From contig CM075994.1 in the NCBI GenBank assembly GCA_038087875.1, positions 5,768,001 through 5,832,000 on the forward strand: a DNA stretch of 64,000 nucleotides, in the 5' to 3' direction. This document shows, in pieces, positions 62,486 through 64,000 of the stretch (the first letter of the stretch is position 1; every line of letters starts with the position of its first letter). The notes under the pieces were generated by a model. That model ran no database searches and had not been told where the DNA came from. It was given only the letters and a program-made list of their open reading frames with translations. The position numbers were made by a program, and so were the translations under genes. The DNA is from Malacoraja senta. Taxonomy: Eukaryota.

Positions 62486-62695
62486 TGTAGAGCCGTGCAT
62501 GTTCCTTTAACATGGTGACCTCACTTCTACTAACCACTCCCCATTAGCTTCAGTATAAATGTAACCTTCCCACCCCTAGCTCGCTCTCTAGCTCCGGTAA
62601 TGGACCACGAACAGCTAGGGCAATATGTGTGTATACGAATGCAATGTATGCAATAAACTAGTGTGAAGACACCCTGTGTTTGGACAGTCTTTACA
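62486..62695 (+). repeat. Gypsy 3' LTR (210 bp)
   Basis: TGTAGAG...CTTTACA, TATAAA ~62554, AATAAA ~62652. Confidence 0.88.
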
Positions 62696-62822
62696 GAGAG
62701 GTCTTTAAACTAAGTAGCGGGGGGGGGAGGTATCAAGGGGGGTAATAACGGCAGGGGTAGAGGAAATAGAGCAGGGTATCAGTGGGGAAACGGAAAATCA
62801 AAATGTGACAGGAGGATCCAGA

Positions 62823-64000
62823 ATGTGTGAAGATAAAGCTCTAGATGTAAAAGGGGCAAAAACAGAAAGGAAGGGTAGTAAAAATCATCTGAAAGTGCTG
62901 TATCTAAATGCACGGAGTATTCGAAATAAGATAAATGAATTAACGGTGCAATTAAGTATATATAGTTATGATATCGTGGCCATTACGGAGACATGGCTGC
63001 AAGGGGATCAGGATTGGGAGTTAAATATAGAGGGGTACTCGACAATTAGAAAAGATAGACAGGAAAGAAAGGGAGGAGGGGTGGCCCTTTTAATAAGGGA
63101 GGGAATAACGGCAATAGAGAGGAAGGATATTGCGTTGAAAGATCAGGATAGTGAAACAGCTTGGGTACAGATAGAGAATAACAAGGGGAAAAAAACACTA
63201 GTGGGTGTAATTTATAGACCTCCAAATAGCTGTGACGCTGTTAGTCAGAACATAAATCTGCAAATAGTTGACGCATGTAAAAAGGGAACTGCTGTAATCA
63301 TGGGGGACTTCAATTTTCATATTAATTGGGCAAACCAAACTGGGCAGGGTAGACTAGAGGAAGAGTTTATAGAATGTATTAGAGACGGGTTCCTAGAACA
63401 GTATGTCACAGAACCGACAAGGGGGGAGGCAATCTTGGATCTGGTCCTGTGTAATGAAGCAGGATTAATTAAAAATGTCATAGTTAGGGACTCGTTGGGA
63501 ACAAGTGACCACAATATGGTCGAATTCCATATTCAAATAGAAGGGGAGCAGGTTGAAACTCAGGCTAGGGTACTTAGTCTAAATAAGGGGGATTATGAAG
63601 GTATGAGGACTGAGCTGATCAAAGTTGACTGGGATAGCAGACTCAAGAATAAGACGGTACATGAGCAGTGGTGTACGTTTAAGGATCTACTGTATAACCT
63701 TCAAGAAAAATTTATTCCTATGAAGAAAAAAAGGGGTAAGGGAAAGAACAGTCAGCCATGGCTCAGTAAAACTATAAAGGATAGTATTCGGCTGAAGGCA
63801 AGGGCATATAAGGTAGCCAGAGATAGTGGGAGGGTAGAGGATTGGGAAGCATTTAAAGGTCAGCAAAAAATAACTAAGAGATTAATTAAGACGGGGAAAA
63901 TAGACTATGAAAGGAATTTAGCGAACAACATAAAAACTAATAGTAAGAGTTTTTATAGCTATATAAAAAGAAAAAGGGTGGCTAAGGTGAACGTTGGTCC
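62823..64000 (+). CDS. CR1 ORF2 N-terminal part (APE endonuclease and linker), open to the window end
   Basis: My translation from ATG 62823 shows no stop: YLNARSI.NK, ITETWL, GGGVALL, IYRPPN, MGDFN, ILDLVL, SDHN. Absent from the ORF track, presumably because no stop lies inside the window. Confidence 0.9.
   Translation, partial: MCEDKALDVKGAKTERKGSKNHLKVLYLNARSIRNKINELTVQLSIYSYDIVAITETWLQGDQDWELNIEGYSTIRKDRQERKGGGVALLIREGITAIERKDIALKDQDSETAWVQIENNKGKKTLVGVIYRPPNSCDAVSQNINLQIVDACKKGTAVIMGDFNFHINWANQTGQGRLEEEFIECIRDGFLEQYVTEPTRGEAILDLVLCNEAGLIKNVIVRDSLGTSDHNMVEFHIQIEGEQVETQARVLSLNKGDYEGMRTELIKVDWDSRLKNKTVHEQWCTFKDLLYNLQEKFIPMKKKRGKGKNSQPWLSKTIKDSIRLKARAYKVARDSGRVEDWEAFKGQQKITKRLIKTGKIDYERNLANNIKTNSKSFYSYIKRKRVAKVNVG

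Larger units (their letters stand above)
61595..62695 (+). mobile_element. Internally deleted Gypsy (Mag-like) LTR element
   Basis: 5-bp TSD GAGAG (61590-94, 62696-700); 9-nt 5' LTR stub TGTAGAGCC; integrase C-terminus; PPT AAGGGGAAGGA; 3' LTR. Confidence 0.9.
60629..62713 (+). pseudogene. CR1 ORF1 (Cys finger, coiled coil, SGNH esterase), broken by a 25-bp duplication and a Gypsy insertion
   Basis: CQYCEMWE..CSTC, IGDSIIRG, CCLPGARVKDI, HVGTND, DGLHLN; duplication 61266-61290/61291-61315; last codons ERSLN* at 62696-62713. Confidence 0.9.
60198..64000 (+). mobile_element. CR1 LINE with 5' UTR, ORF1 and ORF2 start; runs off the window; interrupted by Gypsy
   Basis: GC-rich leader 60240-60500, then the ORF1 and ORF2 motifs listed below; 5' boundary approximate. 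Confidence 0.93.

Overview
Eukaryotic, transposon-dominated intergenic or intronic DNA. It is most likely from a cartilaginous fish (skate/ray), because tRNA-headed HE1-like SINEs occur together with HER1/CR1-type LINEs. I could not identify a host protein-coding gene, rRNA, tRNA gene or CRISPR array; nearly every credible ORF is a transposon relic. Contents: (1) a ~6.9 kb head-to-tail pair of non-autonomous Helitron-like elements built from repeated 5' modules and minisatellites (2397-9285), interrupted by a 5'-truncated L1 flanked by a 176-bp duplication; (2) two decayed Rex1/Babar LINEs; (3) a decayed BEL/Pao LTR element that splits a SINE; (4) many CR1 copies, two with SGNH-esterase ORF1 and one with ORF2 still open at the window end; (5) a near full-length Penelope-like element (RT + GIY-YIG) and many dispersed copies of its terminal repeat, several with a minimal type-I hammerhead ribozyme core; (6) an internally deleted Gypsy element and a solo LTR; (7) microsatellites and a 200-N gap. 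The most notable signals are the ribozyme-bearing Penelope repeat family, the modular Helitron-like array and the very long L1 flanking duplication. All family assignments come from motif recognition by eye, not database searches, and boundaries of decayed fragments are approximate.
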